DNA from: an archaeon
GTDB taxonomy: Archaea; Micrarchaeota; Micrarchaeia; Norongarragalinales; UBA97
Direction: 5' to 3'
NCBI GenBank assembly: GCA_020057405.1
Contig: JAGVFW010000003.1
Location: 128,001-192,000 of the forward strand
DNA length: 64,000 nucleotides
Shown: positions 1 to 9,512 of the stretch, one piece after another
How positions within the stretch are numbered: position 1 is the first letter of the stretch
How the letters are laid out: each line of letters opens with the position of its first letter
The notes under the pieces: model-generated
Told to the model about the DNA's origin: nothing
The model's database searches: none
Seen by the model: the letters and a program-made list of their open reading frames with translations, nothing else
Program-made: the position numbers and the translations under genes

Positions 1-241
1 TGCTGCGGGCGATTAAATTAATGATGTACTTCCCGTCCCGAAGCGATATTGAAATGTCGGCGATGGCCGCAGCTTTAAGCTCAAAGCCCCTCTGCTCGTC
101 AGTGATGCGAAAGCCCGGAGGCAGTTGCAGCACTACCGTGAACGAAGACCGCTTGAGGGCCCCGGCGGTTTCCAACCGCGTCAGTTCAATGAGTGCAGCG
201 CCGCGGCTAAGGAAATGTCCTAAGAGTGCCTTGATTGGCAT
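1..241 (-). CDS. Hypothetical protein, 5' part only (runs off the window start)
   Basis: Open frame from ATG at 241 (MPIKALLGHFLSRGAALIELTRLE...) with no stop before position 1; lies 14 bp downstream of the HD-like gene on the same strand. Confidence 0.55.
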   Translation of the reverse strand, partial: MPIKALLGHFLSRGAALIELTRLETAGALKRSSFTVVLQLPPGFRITDEQRGFELKAAAIADISISLRDGKYIINLIARS

Positions 242-255
242 GTAATCCCAAAAAC

Positions 256-663
256 CTAGAATTGGCTGTGGTGGGCGCGCTTGAGTTCGAAGCACTCGCC
301 CTTGCACAAGTAGACGAAGACCGCTTCTGACTTGTCTGCAGGGAACTCTAGAGAGTCGAGGAGTTCCTTTGCCTTCTTGGCGTTTACAGCGCACTTTTGC
401 AGGAGGGGGGAAATGTCGTTTAGCTCGTGGCTTAGGATTAGAGTGTTGTCGCCCTTGCCGAGTTCGTGCAAGTAAGCGGCTGTGACGAGGACGTCGTACT
501 TGCCGCCCTGCATTGAAACGTATCGCTTCATGTTCTTGACGACTTGCATGGTGTGCAGGTAGTCGGTTTTTGAAAGTTCCTTGAAAATTCGTTGCTGCAG
601 CTTGGGTTCAAAGTCCTCATAATCGAACGAGGCCTGTTTGAATGTTTGTACACGCAGCGACAT
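256..663 (-). CDS. HD-domain-like protein (degenerate, HE instead of HD)
   Basis: DYLHTMQV...VLVTAAYLHELGK matches HD-fold motifs I/II (H...AAxLHDxGK) with D->E; only 135 aa. Confidence 0.6.
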   Translation of the reverse strand: MSLRVQTFKQASFDYEDFEPKLQQRIFKELSKTDYLHTMQVVKNMKRYVSMQGGKYDVLVTAAYLHELGKGDNTLILSHELNDISPLLQKCAVNAKKAKELLDSLEFPADKSEAVFVYLCKGECFELKRAHHSQF

Positions 664-908
664 TCAATTTTTTCCTCGACGATACAACCAAAGTGGGGTA
701 ATAGTATGTTGCGGATAGGATGCTTAAATAGCTTACCCCGTTTGCGAGGGAAAAACGCGTTTTTTCGAGCTGAAAACTCGTTTCGCTTGCCTTGAAAACA
801 TCCGCCCGTGGGCAATTATTAAGACGGACGACGACAATAACTAAGTAATAGAAACTTCAAACGACTCGTTCGCGCCTTTTTTCCGCGCAAACGCCGGAGG
901 AGATTTTC

Positions 909-2075
909 GTGGCAGTTGAATTTGAGCTTGAAGGCAACAACCTAATCGTTCGCGACCTAATCGCAGTCCAGGCAATCGACCGCGGGTTCTTCGGCTCCCC
1001 GTTCCGCGGCAGCAGAATAGAACTCCAGCTAACCCCGGAGGAGGCACTCTACCTAATTGACGTGCGCGGGGCAGTCTGCCGGGACGGCGAAGGCAACTTA
1101 GTCGGGTTTAATGACCTCGCAGAGCGCTTTGACGGCAAGAAGTTCCTCGCCCGCTACTTTTGCTACCGCGACTGGCGCGACAGGGGCATCGTGGCGCGGC
1201 CGATGTCTGAAGCCAAGGGCAATTACGGCCGCTCGCCAATGGGCAAGTACCCTTCCCAGGAGTATCAGCCGCCCAAAGTGAACGGAAAAGCGCTTTTCTT
1301 CAAGGACGACCTGATGGCAGTCATTGACGACAACGAGGTGGGCCGGCGGCTCTACGAAGAAGAGTGGTTTGGCCAGTTTGGCACGTATAAGGCGAAAAAG
1401 CACGGCCAGTTCCTAAAACTTGACGCTTACGAGACGCTATTTCTAATGCAGCACTCGCGGCTAAAGCTAAACGAGAAGGAAAAGCAGATTGTCGAGGCGG
1501 CGATTAATCGCCGGCCGGACTTCCTCGCACTCTACGAAGTTTACGAGGACTGGAGAATGCGGGGCTTTGTGCTAAAGACGGGCTTCAAGTTCGGCACGCA
1601 CTTTCGGCTCTACTTCCCGGGCGCCAAGCCGACACTGGAGGACGCCGAGTGGATGCACTCAAAGCACGTCATCCAGGTCTTTCCCCGCGACAGCAAGCTC
1701 TTAATTTCCGAGTGGGCGCGCGCCATCCGCGTGGCGCACGGCGTTCGAAAGACGTTCATTCTCGCAATCCCAGGCAAGAAGCAGCCGGGCGAGGAGAAAG
1801 TCGCCCTCGACTTCCTGCTTTACCACAGAAAGAAGGGCATCATCGAGACGCCGAAGAACGACAAGCCCAAATACGTCATGCTCGCCTTCAGCGAAGAGGA
1901 GGAAATCGGCGGGGCGGAACTGGCGAGTGCCATCGAGCAGGCAAAGGCAATGGGCCTCGACCTCATCCTGAGCATCTGCGACAGGGAAACGAGCGTCACG
2001 CACTACCGCATCAAGAGAATCGAGCTGCCGGGAAGCGGCTACGAGTACTACGAGATAGAGTGGATTCAACCTTGA
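909..2075 (+). CDS. endA: tRNA-intron endonuclease, three-unit epsilon2-like type
   Basis: PEEALYL and YxDWRxRG elements occur twice; KTGFKFGTHFRLY; catalytic Y235/H250/K281; C-terminal IEWIQP strand; 388 aa. Confidence 0.93.
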   Translation: MAVEFELEGNNLIVRDLIAVQAIDRGFFGSPFRGSRIELQLTPEEALYLIDVRGAVCRDGEGNLVGFNDLAERFDGKKFLARYFCYRDWRDRGIVARPMSEAKGNYGRSPMGKYPSQEYQPPKVNGKALFFKDDLMAVIDDNEVGRRLYEEEWFGQFGTYKAKKHGQFLKLDAYETLFLMQHSRLKLNEKEKQIVEAAINRRPDFLALYEVYEDWRMRGFVLKTGFKFGTHFRLYFPGAKPTLEDAEWMHSKHVIQVFPRDSKLLISEWARAIRVAHGVRKTFILAIPGKKQPGEEKVALDFLLYHRKKGIIETPKNDKPKYVMLAFSEEEEIGGAELASAIEQAKAMGLDLILSICDRETSVTHYRIKRIELPGSGYEYYEIEWIQP

Positions 2076-2536
2076 GCGAAACTCGCACACTTTCCTCCTT
2101 TCCCGACAAAACTGGAAAAAAGCTAGTCGTGTGCTTTAAGGGGGAAAAACCGGGCGCAGGTACAGAGTACGAGCTTTCTCCTGCTCGGCGGCCGTTTTGG
2201 ACTTTAACGCCGGGAAGGGTTATTGAGGTTGGCCACGGGTACCTTTCTACTCCTGACGGCATGCAAAGGCGGGGGAACGCTGAAGAACTGATAAGGAGAT
2301 TGCACGAGGTCGTGTTTCCGGCCCTATCTCAAAAAACAGGCCTGACCGTAATCCATCGCATGGACCTCCTTGATGCGACAAACACGCCCATGCTCAATCT
2401 TGCCAAAAAGCTTGGCTTTAAGGGAATCCTGCTTAGCTTGGGCGGCTGGAGCAAGAAGATGAGCGGAAGCCCCAAGGAGATTCCAACAACTGAAGAACAA
2501 GAAATCGTCAGCTGGCTCGAGCGTAAGCAACAGTAG
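2072..2536 (+). CDS. GNAT-like acetyltransferase, putative
   Basis: TTG start overlaps the endA stop (3' part of track ORF 1649..2536); QRRGNAEELI resembles GNAT motif A and NTPMLNLAKKLGF motif B. Confidence 0.5.
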   Translation: MSETRTLSSFPDKTGKKLVVCFKGEKPGAGTEYELSPARRPFWTLTPGRVIEVGHGYLSTPDGMQRRGNAEELIRRLHEVVFPALSQKTGLTVIHRMDLLDATNTPMLNLAKKLGFKGILLSLGGWSKKMSGSPKEIPTTEEQEIVSWLERKQQ

Positions 2537-2576
2537 GCTTGGTTCGCCTGCGCACGCGAACTCTGGTCCCGCAAGC

Positions 2577-2590
2577 GGTTTTTAACCTTT
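2577..2590 (+). promoter_or_regulatory. TATA-like box upstream of lysS (probably leaderless)
   Basis: GTTTTTAACC about 25 bp upstream of the ATG at 2610. Confidence 0.5.
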
Positions 2591-2609
2591 AGCGAGCTTA
2601 ATCATCTCA

Positions 2610-4190
2610 ATGGCCGATACTGAAAAGCAGGGAATGTTCTGGGCTGACCAGGCGGCGCGAGAAGTCGCGGACGCCCCGTCAGGAATGCACGTAGTCAGCG
2701 ATGCAAAGACTCCAAGCGGCCGCGTGCACGTCGGAAGCCTTCGGGGCGTGATTGTCCACGACGTGCTGCACAAGGGGCTCCTTGATGCGGGAAAGAAGGC
2801 TGAGTTCGTCTACCGCTTTGACGACTTTGACCCGATGGACTCGTTTCCGGCTTACTTGCCTGAGAAATTCAAGGAATACATGGGCAAGCCGCTTTGCAAC
2901 ATCCCGTCGCCAGAGCCCGGTTTCGACAGCTTCGCGCAATACTACGCAGTGGAATTCGAGACAGTCTTTGAGGCGCTTGACTGCCACCCGCGAATTGTTT
3001 GGATGTCAAAGGACTACAAGGCGGGGCTCTTCGACGACGCGATCAAAACCGCGATTGGGAAGGCGGCCGACATCAGAGAGATTAACGAGAGAATCAGCGG
3101 CGGGAAAAAGCAAGGCGATTGGCTGCCGGTACAAGTCGTGTGCGACGAGTGCGGACGCATCGGCACGACGCAGGCAACCGATTTTGACGGCGAAACTGTC
3201 GCCTACACTTGCGCGGGCGCAAAATACTCGCCAGGATGCGGTCACGCGGGCAGGAAAAGTCCCTTCAATGGCGGAAGCAAGCTCACTTGGAAGGCCCATT
3301 GGGCGGCGCAGTGGCAAGTCTACAACGTCACAGTCGAAGGCGAAGGCAAGGACCACGCGGTCATCGGCGGCTCAAGGCAAGTGTCAAACGAAATCGCGAC
3401 TAAAGTGTTCGGCTACAAGCCGCCCTACGATTTACCTTATGAGTTCTTCTTAATCGGCGGGAAAAAAATGAGCTCCTCAAAGGGCCTCGGCAGCACGGCG
3501 AAAGAAGTTTCCGAAGCGCTCCCGCCCGAGCTCCTTCGATTCCTGCTCGTGCGATACAAGCCGCGCACTGCAATCAACTTTTCGCCAGAAGGGGAGACGC
3601 TCCCAAGGCTTTACGACGATTACGACACATATGGAGAGAACTTTTTCGGAAGAAGGCATAGCCGCGACCCAGACGAACCCCGCATTTACGAGTTCTCGCA
3701 AGTCAACGGCGTGCCAAAAGACTACTACCGGCCGCAGTTCTCCTTCATCGCATACCTTTTGCAGGTTCCGCACCTCAAGTTGCGGGAAGTGATTGAGAAG
3801 CGCATCGAGCGCATGCTAACGCAGGACGAAGCTGGCGAGCTCGAGCGGCGCAGCCGCTTTGCGCGCAATTGGCTTGAGAAGTACGCGGGCGAAGAGTACA
3901 TCCTAAAAGTGCTTGACCACCCAAGCGCCCTCAAGTTGCACTCGCAACTGGCTCCCGAGCTGCAGAAGGCCTTGGCTGACTTTGGCGAGTTTTTCGAGGA
4001 AACAACGAGCGAAAACGCCCAGACTGAGTACCTAAAGCGCATGTGCGAGAGGCACGGGGTCAAACAACAGGCTTTTTACGAAGCTGCTTACAACATATTC
4101 CTAGGAAAGCCCAAGGGCCCGCGCTTGCTGCCGTTTCTAAACGCTTTGGAACGGCCTTTCGTCGCCCAGAGGCTGCGCGGAGTCGGATGA
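2610..4190 (+). CDS. lysS: Lysine--tRNA ligase, class I
   Basis: FWAD start, TPSGRVHVGSLRG (HIGH), DDFDPMD, EGEGKDH, KMSSSKG. Confidence 0.97.
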   Translation: MADTEKQGMFWADQAAREVADAPSGMHVVSDAKTPSGRVHVGSLRGVIVHDVLHKGLLDAGKKAEFVYRFDDFDPMDSFPAYLPEKFKEYMGKPLCNIPSPEPGFDSFAQYYAVEFETVFEALDCHPRIVWMSKDYKAGLFDDAIKTAIGKAADIREINERISGGKKQGDWLPVQVVCDECGRIGTTQATDFDGETVAYTCAGAKYSPGCGHAGRKSPFNGGSKLTWKAHWAAQWQVYNVTVEGEGKDHAVIGGSRQVSNEIATKVFGYKPPYDLPYEFFLIGGKKMSSSKGLGSTAKEVSEALPPELLRFLLVRYKPRTAINFSPEGETLPRLYDDYDTYGENFFGRRHSRDPDEPRIYEFSQVNGVPKDYYRPQFSFIAYLLQVPHLKLREVIEKRIERMLTQDEAGELERRSRFARNWLEKYAGEEYILKVLDHPSALKLHSQLAPELQKALADFGEFFEETTSENAQTEYLKRMCERHGVKQQAFYEAAYNIFLGKPKGPRLLPFLNALERPFVAQRLRGVG

Positions 4191-4191
4191 C

Positions 4192-5409
4192 ATGACACAA
4201 GCAGAACTCAACATAATGACTTCAGGCCATGTCGACCACGGAAAGAGCACGCTAGTCTGGTCACTCACCGGCATTTTCCCCGACACGCACAGCGAGGAAA
4301 TCAAGAGAGGCATTACCATCAAGTTAGGTTATGCCGACCTGCTCATCCGCGAGTGCCCCAAGTGCGCTGCCCCAAACAACTTCACTGCAAAGGAAAAGTG
4401 CCCCGCGTGCACAAGCGAGACAAAACCGGCACGGCGAATCAGCCTGCTTGACGCGCCCGGCCACGAGACGCTCATGGCAACAGTTGTTGCCGCAAGCAGC
4501 GTTGTCGACGGCGCCCTCTTCATCGTCGCCGCCAACGAGGAGTGCCCCCAGCCGCAGACGATGGAACACTTAATGGTGCTCGAGGCGGCTGGTGTCAAAA
4601 AAATCATCGTAGTTCAGACCAAAGTCGACCTCGTTGAGAAGCCACAGGCGGCAAAAAACCACAAGCAAATCATCGACCTGCTAAAAGGCAGCGCGTTTGA
4701 GGGCTCGCCAATCATTCCGGTAAGCGCAATCAACGGCACCAACCTTGACGTCCTCCTTTACGCAATTCAGACGCTTATCCTGACGCCAGTGCGCGACGAG
4801 GCGGCGCAGCCGCTCATGTACATCGCAAGAAGCTTCGACATCAACGTGCCCGGCACCAAGCCGACCAAGATTGGCGGGGGCGTGCTTGGCGGAAGCATCG
4901 TCCGCGGCATCCTGTCCGAAGGCGATGACATTGAAATCCTCCCAGGCTACTTGGAAGTGAGAAAGGAACGCGAGACTTACAAGCCCATCAGGACAAAAAT
5001 CACTTCACTCAACGCTGGCGGCGCTGCAAAGCAGGCGAGGCCAGGCGGTTTAGTGGGCGTTGGCACGAGCCTCGACCCCGCACTCACGCGCGCGGATGCC
5101 CTTGTCGGCAATGTCATCGGCAGGCCGGGCACGCTTCCCCCGGTAGTCAACTCCTGCAACCTTGAAATTACGCCGATGAAGAGGCAGATGGCGAAGTTTT
5201 CCGAAGGGTTTGTCGAGAACGAGCCGCTCGTCCTGGGCATCGGCACTGCAACTACGGTCGGCTTTGTGCTTGGGAAAGTCAAGGGCAATCGAAAAGCAGT
5301 TGAAGTCAAGCTCAAAAAGCCAGTTTGCGCAAAGGCGGGCGACACGTTCGCCATTCTGCGGCGCACGAATAGCCGATGGCACTTCTACGGCACGGCTAAA
5401 GTAGTCTAG
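4192..5409 (+). CDS. eif2g: Translation initiation factor 2 gamma subunit
   Basis: GHVDHGKST, HSEEIKRGITIKLGYA, CxxC..CxxC zinc ribbon, DAPGHETLM, PQPQTMEH, ARSFDIN, LDPALTRAD. Confidence 0.96.
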   Translation: MTQAELNIMTSGHVDHGKSTLVWSLTGIFPDTHSEEIKRGITIKLGYADLLIRECPKCAAPNNFTAKEKCPACTSETKPARRISLLDAPGHETLMATVVAASSVVDGALFIVAANEECPQPQTMEHLMVLEAAGVKKIIVVQTKVDLVEKPQAAKNHKQIIDLLKGSAFEGSPIIPVSAINGTNLDVLLYAIQTLILTPVRDEAAQPLMYIARSFDINVPGTKPTKIGGGVLGGSIVRGILSEGDDIEILPGYLEVRKERETYKPIRTKITSLNAGGAAKQARPGGLVGVGTSLDPALTRADALVGNVIGRPGTLPPVVNSCNLEITPMKRQMAKFSEGFVENEPLVLGIGTATTVGFVLGKVKGNRKAVEVKLKKPVCAKAGDTFAILRRTNSRWHFYGTAKVV

Positions 5410-6182
5410 CCACGACGGCGTAATTCTTTCTGATAAGGCAGCGGCTTCTTCATTCCCACCGCAACCTCGTGGATTCCTTGGGCGATTTTTTTCGCGGCCT
5501 CTGCGCTCACGAGACCGAAGTGCTTGGCAGCGTGAAGGTTGGACTCGGACAAAAGGTAACTGAAAACGTTCAGCTGGGGCGCTATCCGAGTCAAGTCTGG
5601 CTTTTTACCCGCGTAGAGCTCCCGGAGCTTTTCAAAAACGTCCTCCTTCTCCTCAGCCTCAAGGTAAAGTGGGTCTACTGCATTGACGAAGCTTGGAATT
5701 TGCTCTCTCGCGTCTGGGTGGGTTGAGCCTTTGGGCGAGGCAACTTCGACGAGGTGGTGGTTTGCCGGCAGATTGGGCAAAGAAAGAATGAAGTGGCGAC
5801 CAGGCGTTATCATTGGGCCCGTTGATTCGCCCCTCACCCGGTCCATCAGGTCTGATAAGAACTCGCCGGGAATCGACAATGTTCCGTCATGCATGCTGAA
5901 GACCAGGGTGTCGGGATGCGCTTTGACGAGCTTTTTCCAAAACGCCTTCTTTCTAGACTCGTGACCTGCCATAAATTTTTCCAGCTCCTCGATTGAAAGG
6001 GGCTCGCCTTTGCGCTCGTCCGATAGTTTCTTGGCCCGCTTGTTAAGGTCATCCTTTGCTGGCCACTTCACAATCGAAACGGCGTGGCCCAGTCGGCTTA
6101 ACTCGGACGCTATTTGCGCATGAAGGGCGGTAGAAAGGTGCTCGTTGGCGTCCTCTCCTATTGAAAGCAGTATTTTAGCCAT
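5406..6182 (-). CDS. Hypothetical protein (weak M14/AstE-like motifs)
   Basis: 258 aa ORF with ATG and an upstream TTTTTAAAT box; convergent overlap with the eif2g stop. Confidence 0.65.
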   Translation of the reverse strand: MAKILLSIGEDANEHLSTALHAQIASELSRLGHAVSIVKWPAKDDLNKRAKKLSDERKGEPLSIEELEKFMAGHESRKKAFWKKLVKAHPDTLVFSMHDGTLSIPGEFLSDLMDRVRGESTGPMITPGRHFILSLPNLPANHHLVEVASPKGSTHPDAREQIPSFVNAVDPLYLEAEEKEDVFEKLRELYAGKKPDLTRIAPQLNVFSYLLSESNLHAAKHFGLVSAEAAKKIAQGIHEVAVGMKKPLPYQKELRRRG

Positions 6183-6215
6183 GAAGAGTTTTGCCGGATG
6201 TGATTTAAAAAAAGC

Positions 6216-6863
6216 CTACTTTTCCAGCAGTTGGAGGAGCTTGCCGAAGTTTTCTTCGACTCCGCCGCCAGTGCCGCTCATGTCCTTGACCACGCCGGCA
6301 GCCTTGTAGTATGCCAGGACGGGCTCGGTGACGTCGTGGTAGACTTCTAGCCGCTTTCGGATGGCAGTGTCGCTTTCGTCACTGCGTTTGATTAAGTCGC
6401 CGCCGCACACGTCGCACTTGCCTGAGTGTTTTGGCGGCCAGTACTCGATGTTGTAGATTGCGTGGCACTTGGGGCAAGTGAAGCGCTTGACGATGCGGTT
6501 GATGATTTCCTCCTCGTCTACCTTGATGTTGACAACGGCGTCAAGCTTCCAGCCGCGCTCTCCCAAGTAGGAGTCGAAGGACTTGGCCTGCGGTGCAGTT
6601 CGGGGGTAGCCGTCCATGATGAAGCCCCGCAGGACGTCTCCGCGCTTGAAGCGCTCCTTGACGAGCGCCGTGACCACGTCGTCGCTAAGAAGCTGGCCGC
6701 TTGCGATTAAGTCCTTGACGGCGAGGCCAAGGGGAGTTCCGGAGGAAATCTCGTCGCGTGCAATCTCGCCGGTCGAGATGTGGGGTATATGGAATTTAGA
6801 GGAAAGTAGCTTGGCGTACGTGCCTTTGCCCACTCCCGGCGGGCCAAACATTACGAGCTTCAA
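6216..6863 (-). CDS. adk: Adenylate kinase (long, zinc-lid, bacterial-like type)
   Basis: GPPGVGKGT, HISTG, GFIMDGYPRT, CPKC..CDVC lid, KRSDES. Confidence 0.95.
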   Translation of the reverse strand: MKLVMFGPPGVGKGTYAKLLSSKFHIPHISTGEIARDEISSGTPLGLAVKDLIASGQLLSDDVVTALVKERFKRGDVLRGFIMDGYPRTAPQAKSFDSYLGERGWKLDAVVNIKVDEEEIINRIVKRFTCPKCHAIYNIEYWPPKHSGKCDVCGGDLIKRSDESDTAIRKRLEVYHDVTEPVLAYYKAAGVVKDMSGTGGGVEENFGKLLQLLEK

Positions 6864-6968
6864 ACCAGTTAACCCCTGAAAGCAAATTAACGGGAAACAG
6901 AAGTAGAGTTCCTAGGAAAAATAGGGTAAAGAACACTTTTAATTGTTTGTGCAGCACTAGCTAGTAGT

Positions 6969-7436
6969 ATGGCAATTGAACGCACTCTGGTGCTTGTGAA
7001 GCCCGACGCCCTCCAGCGCGAGCTGGTCGGGCAAGTCATTTCCCGCATCGAGAGGCGCGGCTTCAAGATAGTTGGCGTCAAGATGGCCCTTCTTGACCAA
7101 AAGACGCTAAAAGAGCACTACGCTCACCTGGCGGCCAAGCCCTTCTTTCCCAGAATCGCGGAGTTCATGTCAAGCGCGCCCGTAATCGCGATGGCAATTG
7201 AGGGATTTGACGCAGTCGAAGTGCTGCGAAAGATGAGTGGCGTCACCAAGAGTTCTGCTGCCGAGCCGGGAACGATTAGGGGCGACTTTGCCCTTAGCGT
7301 CATGTGCAACATCATCCACGCGAGTGACTCTAAAGAGGCTGCCGCGGCGGAACTAAAGCGCTTCTTCAAAGCCTCCGAGCTCTTCGACTGGAAGCGCGCT
7401 AATGTGGAAAACGTCTACGCTCCTGACGAGCGCTAA
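6969..7436 (+). CDS. ndk: Nucleoside diphosphate kinase
   Basis: ERTLVLVKPDA, EHYAHL, PGTIRGDF, NIIHASDS. Confidence 0.97.
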   Translation: MAIERTLVLVKPDALQRELVGQVISRIERRGFKIVGVKMALLDQKTLKEHYAHLAAKPFFPRIAEFMSSAPVIAMAIEGFDAVEVLRKMSGVTKSSAAEPGTIRGDFALSVMCNIIHASDSKEAAAAELKRFFKASELFDWKRANVENVYAPDER

Positions 7437-7439
7437 GAA

Positions 7440-8261
7440 GTGGATTCCATAACGGAATTGCTTTTTGACAACCTGTTTTTGCTGCAACTAGCTGCCACGT
7501 TCATCGTTGGTGGCGCGTGGATTACTTTTGCAACCGTTGTCGCCGACAGGCTTGGAAGCAAGCTAGGGGGGATTATCGCGGGCCTGCCTTCAACCATACT
7601 CGTGCCACTTCTTTTCATCGGCATCATACAGTCGCCGCAAGCCGCGTCGGATGCCACCACACTCATGCCAGTCATTTCAGGCATAAACACGCTTTTCCTC
7701 GCAATCTACGCGGCTTCCTCAAGCAAGAGCTTCACAAAAGGCCTTTTGACTGCATTCGGGGTCTTCTTCGTCCTCGCCATCGCCGTGGTGATTTCCGGTG
7801 CATTCACTTTCGAGCTCTCGGTTGCCGCCTACCTCGCCCTTGCAGTTGTATCCTACTTCCTAATCCAGTCGGTAAAGGACTTGCCTTCGCCCATAAGCGG
7901 AACCGGCAGGAGACACTCGAAGGGGGAAATCGGGGCGAGGTTCTTCGCAAGCGGCCTGGTCATCTCCGCGGCGGTGCTTGTCAGCAAGCTTGCGGGCCCG
8001 GTTCTGGGTGGGGTAATCTCCGACCTGCCGATTGGGAATTCGTCCACGGTAGTAATTTCATACAAGTCACGGGGACTTGAGTTTTCGCGCTCCATAGTCA
8101 AGCCCCTGATGTTTAGCGGCATTGCAAGCGTCTTTGCCTACATCGTGGTCGTGAGGTACGCCTATCCCGCACTCGGGCTCTTGTGGGGAACGCTTGTCGC
8201 CTGCCTGGCGTCAGTTGCCGGAGCGGCGTTGGTCTACTTGATGTCGGAAAAGTCCAAATAA
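7440..8261 (+). CDS. Multi-pass membrane protein (DUF3147-like duplicated unit)
   Basis: About 8 hydrophobic segments; internal repeat LGSKLGGIIAGLP / AGPVLGGVISDLP. Confidence 0.7.
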   Translation: MDSITELLFDNLFLLQLAATFIVGGAWITFATVVADRLGSKLGGIIAGLPSTILVPLLFIGIIQSPQAASDATTLMPVISGINTLFLAIYAASSSKSFTKGLLTAFGVFFVLAIAVVISGAFTFELSVAAYLALAVVSYFLIQSVKDLPSPISGTGRRHSKGEIGARFFASGLVISAAVLVSKLAGPVLGGVISDLPIGNSSTVVISYKSRGLEFSRSIVKPLMFSGIASVFAYIVVVRYAYPALGLLWGTLVACLASVAGAALVYLMSEKSK

Positions 8262-8283
8262 GCTCCAAAAGAAAAGAAGTGAG

Positions 8284-8358
8284 CGGGCCCGGGGGGATTT
8301 GGACCCCCGACATGCTGGTTAAAAGCCAGCCGCTCTGGCCAAACTGAGCTACGGGCCC
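8284..8358 (-). tRNA. tRNA-Lys(UUU), intronless, CCA not encoded
   Basis: GGGCCCG-TA-GCTC-AGTTTGGCCA-GAGC-G-GCTGG-CTTTTAA-CCAGC-ATGTC-GGGGG-TCCAAAT-CCCCC-CGGGCCC-G folds as a full cloverleaf. Confidence 0.93.
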
Positions 8359-8415
8359 GTTAGTAAATTGTGTGCGGAAAAGTTAATTAGGCGCAGTCTA
8401 CGCAATCGCTTTACA

Positions 8416-8796
8416 ATGCAACGAATAGTGCTCGACACTAGCGTGCTATTGCTGCCGGCCCAGCGGCGGCTCGACGTTTTCGTCGAGTGCGAGAGGATTG
8501 CTGAAAACTGCGAGTTCCTCGTGCTGCGTCAGACCCTCGACGAGCTGACGTCACTGGCTGCCAAGCGCGACAAGGCCGGAATCGCAGCCCGCATTGCACT
8601 AGAGCTTCTTGGGAAAAACAAGGTCGGGCAAATCGAGGCGAAGTCCAAAAAGGCAGATGAAGCGCTCGTGGAACTTGCTAGAAAGGACAGGACAATCGCT
8701 TTTGCGACAACTGACGCGCCCCTGCGCCGCAGGCTTAGGGACCTAAATGCCAGGGTGATTTGCCTGAAAGGCGAGTCGCGGCTTGACTGGTGCTAG
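8416..8796 (+). CDS. PIN-domain protein, Fcf1/Utp24-like
   Basis: ATG at 8416; IVLDTSVL, TLDEL, ADEALV, ATTDAPLRRRL. Confidence 0.8.
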   Translation: MQRIVLDTSVLLLPAQRRLDVFVECERIAENCEFLVLRQTLDELTSLAAKRDKAGIAARIALELLGKNKVGQIEAKSKKADEALVELARKDRTIAFATTDAPLRRRLRDLNARVICLKGESRLDWC

Positions 8797-9461
8797 GCCG
8801 CTGCTGCAAGCATTTTTGCCTCTTCTTCTTCGGCCCGCTTGACAAGGCGGGCTTTAGTGAGCTTTAGTGCGAAGAAGCGCTCGGCTTCCAGGCGGTTTAG
8901 CGAGTCTTGGATGAGGCGGATGTTGTCGCGGATCATGGGCTGGACGTTGTACTCGAGGGCATTCACGCGGCGGTTGGTTTTTTGGATTTCCTTTAGCAGC
9001 CGGCGCAGCGAATTCTCCGTTTCCGCAAGCTGGATGACGCCGTTTAGGGACGTTTCGAATGACTCGACTGCGTCGTCAAACTGCGCGCTTGAGCCTAAGG
9101 GCGAGTAGCCGCGCTCAAGGAGGTTGCGGCGCACGTCGATTGCGGTGATTAAGGGAATTCGCACGCCCATGATGTTCTTCGCCTTGACTTCGACTGCGGG
9201 CACAGTCCGTGCCGCAAGCGCGTTTGCCTCGACGAAGAGGTCGCCGTGCACGCTTCGGGCGATTGCGAGCTTCTTGTGGGAGAGGACCATCTGGCCGTCA
9301 ACTTGAGAGCGCAGGTCGCGGGCCTTTTTGACCACATTGAAGAACTCGATGACTAACGCGTCGCGCTTTTGCTTTAGGAGCTTGTGGCCGCGCTGGGCCA
9401 TCACTAGCCTTTGCTTTTGGTTTAGGAGTTCCATGCGCGTTGGCGCGACAGTGTCAGCCAT
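8793..9461 (-). CDS. atpD: A/V-type ATP synthase subunit D
   Basis: PTRMELL, RGHKLLKQKRDAL, KTNRRVNALEY. Confidence 0.96.
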   Translation of the reverse strand: MADTVAPTRMELLNQKQRLVMAQRGHKLLKQKRDALVIEFFNVVKKARDLRSQVDGQMVLSHKKLAIARSVHGDLFVEANALAARTVPAVEVKAKNIMGVRIPLITAIDVRRNLLERGYSPLGSSAQFDDAVESFETSLNGVIQLAETENSLRRLLKEIQKTNRRVNALEYNVQPMIRDNIRLIQDSLNRLEAERFFALKLTKARLVKRAEEEEAKMLAAAA

Positions 9462-9512
9462 TTTCGTTCACACTACTAAAAAAACGCGGGCCGTTTGCAG
9501 CCCGGATTTTCC

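Noticed and set aside
1649-2071. 5' portion of the 295 aa track ORF
   Set aside because: It overlaps endA out of frame with Arg-rich shadow composition; only the part from TTG 2072 is plausible.
4192-5409. SelB/EF-Tu assignment because G4 reads TKVD
   Set aside because: The zinc ribbon, RGITIKLGYA and PQPQT.EH are diagnostic for aIF2-gamma.
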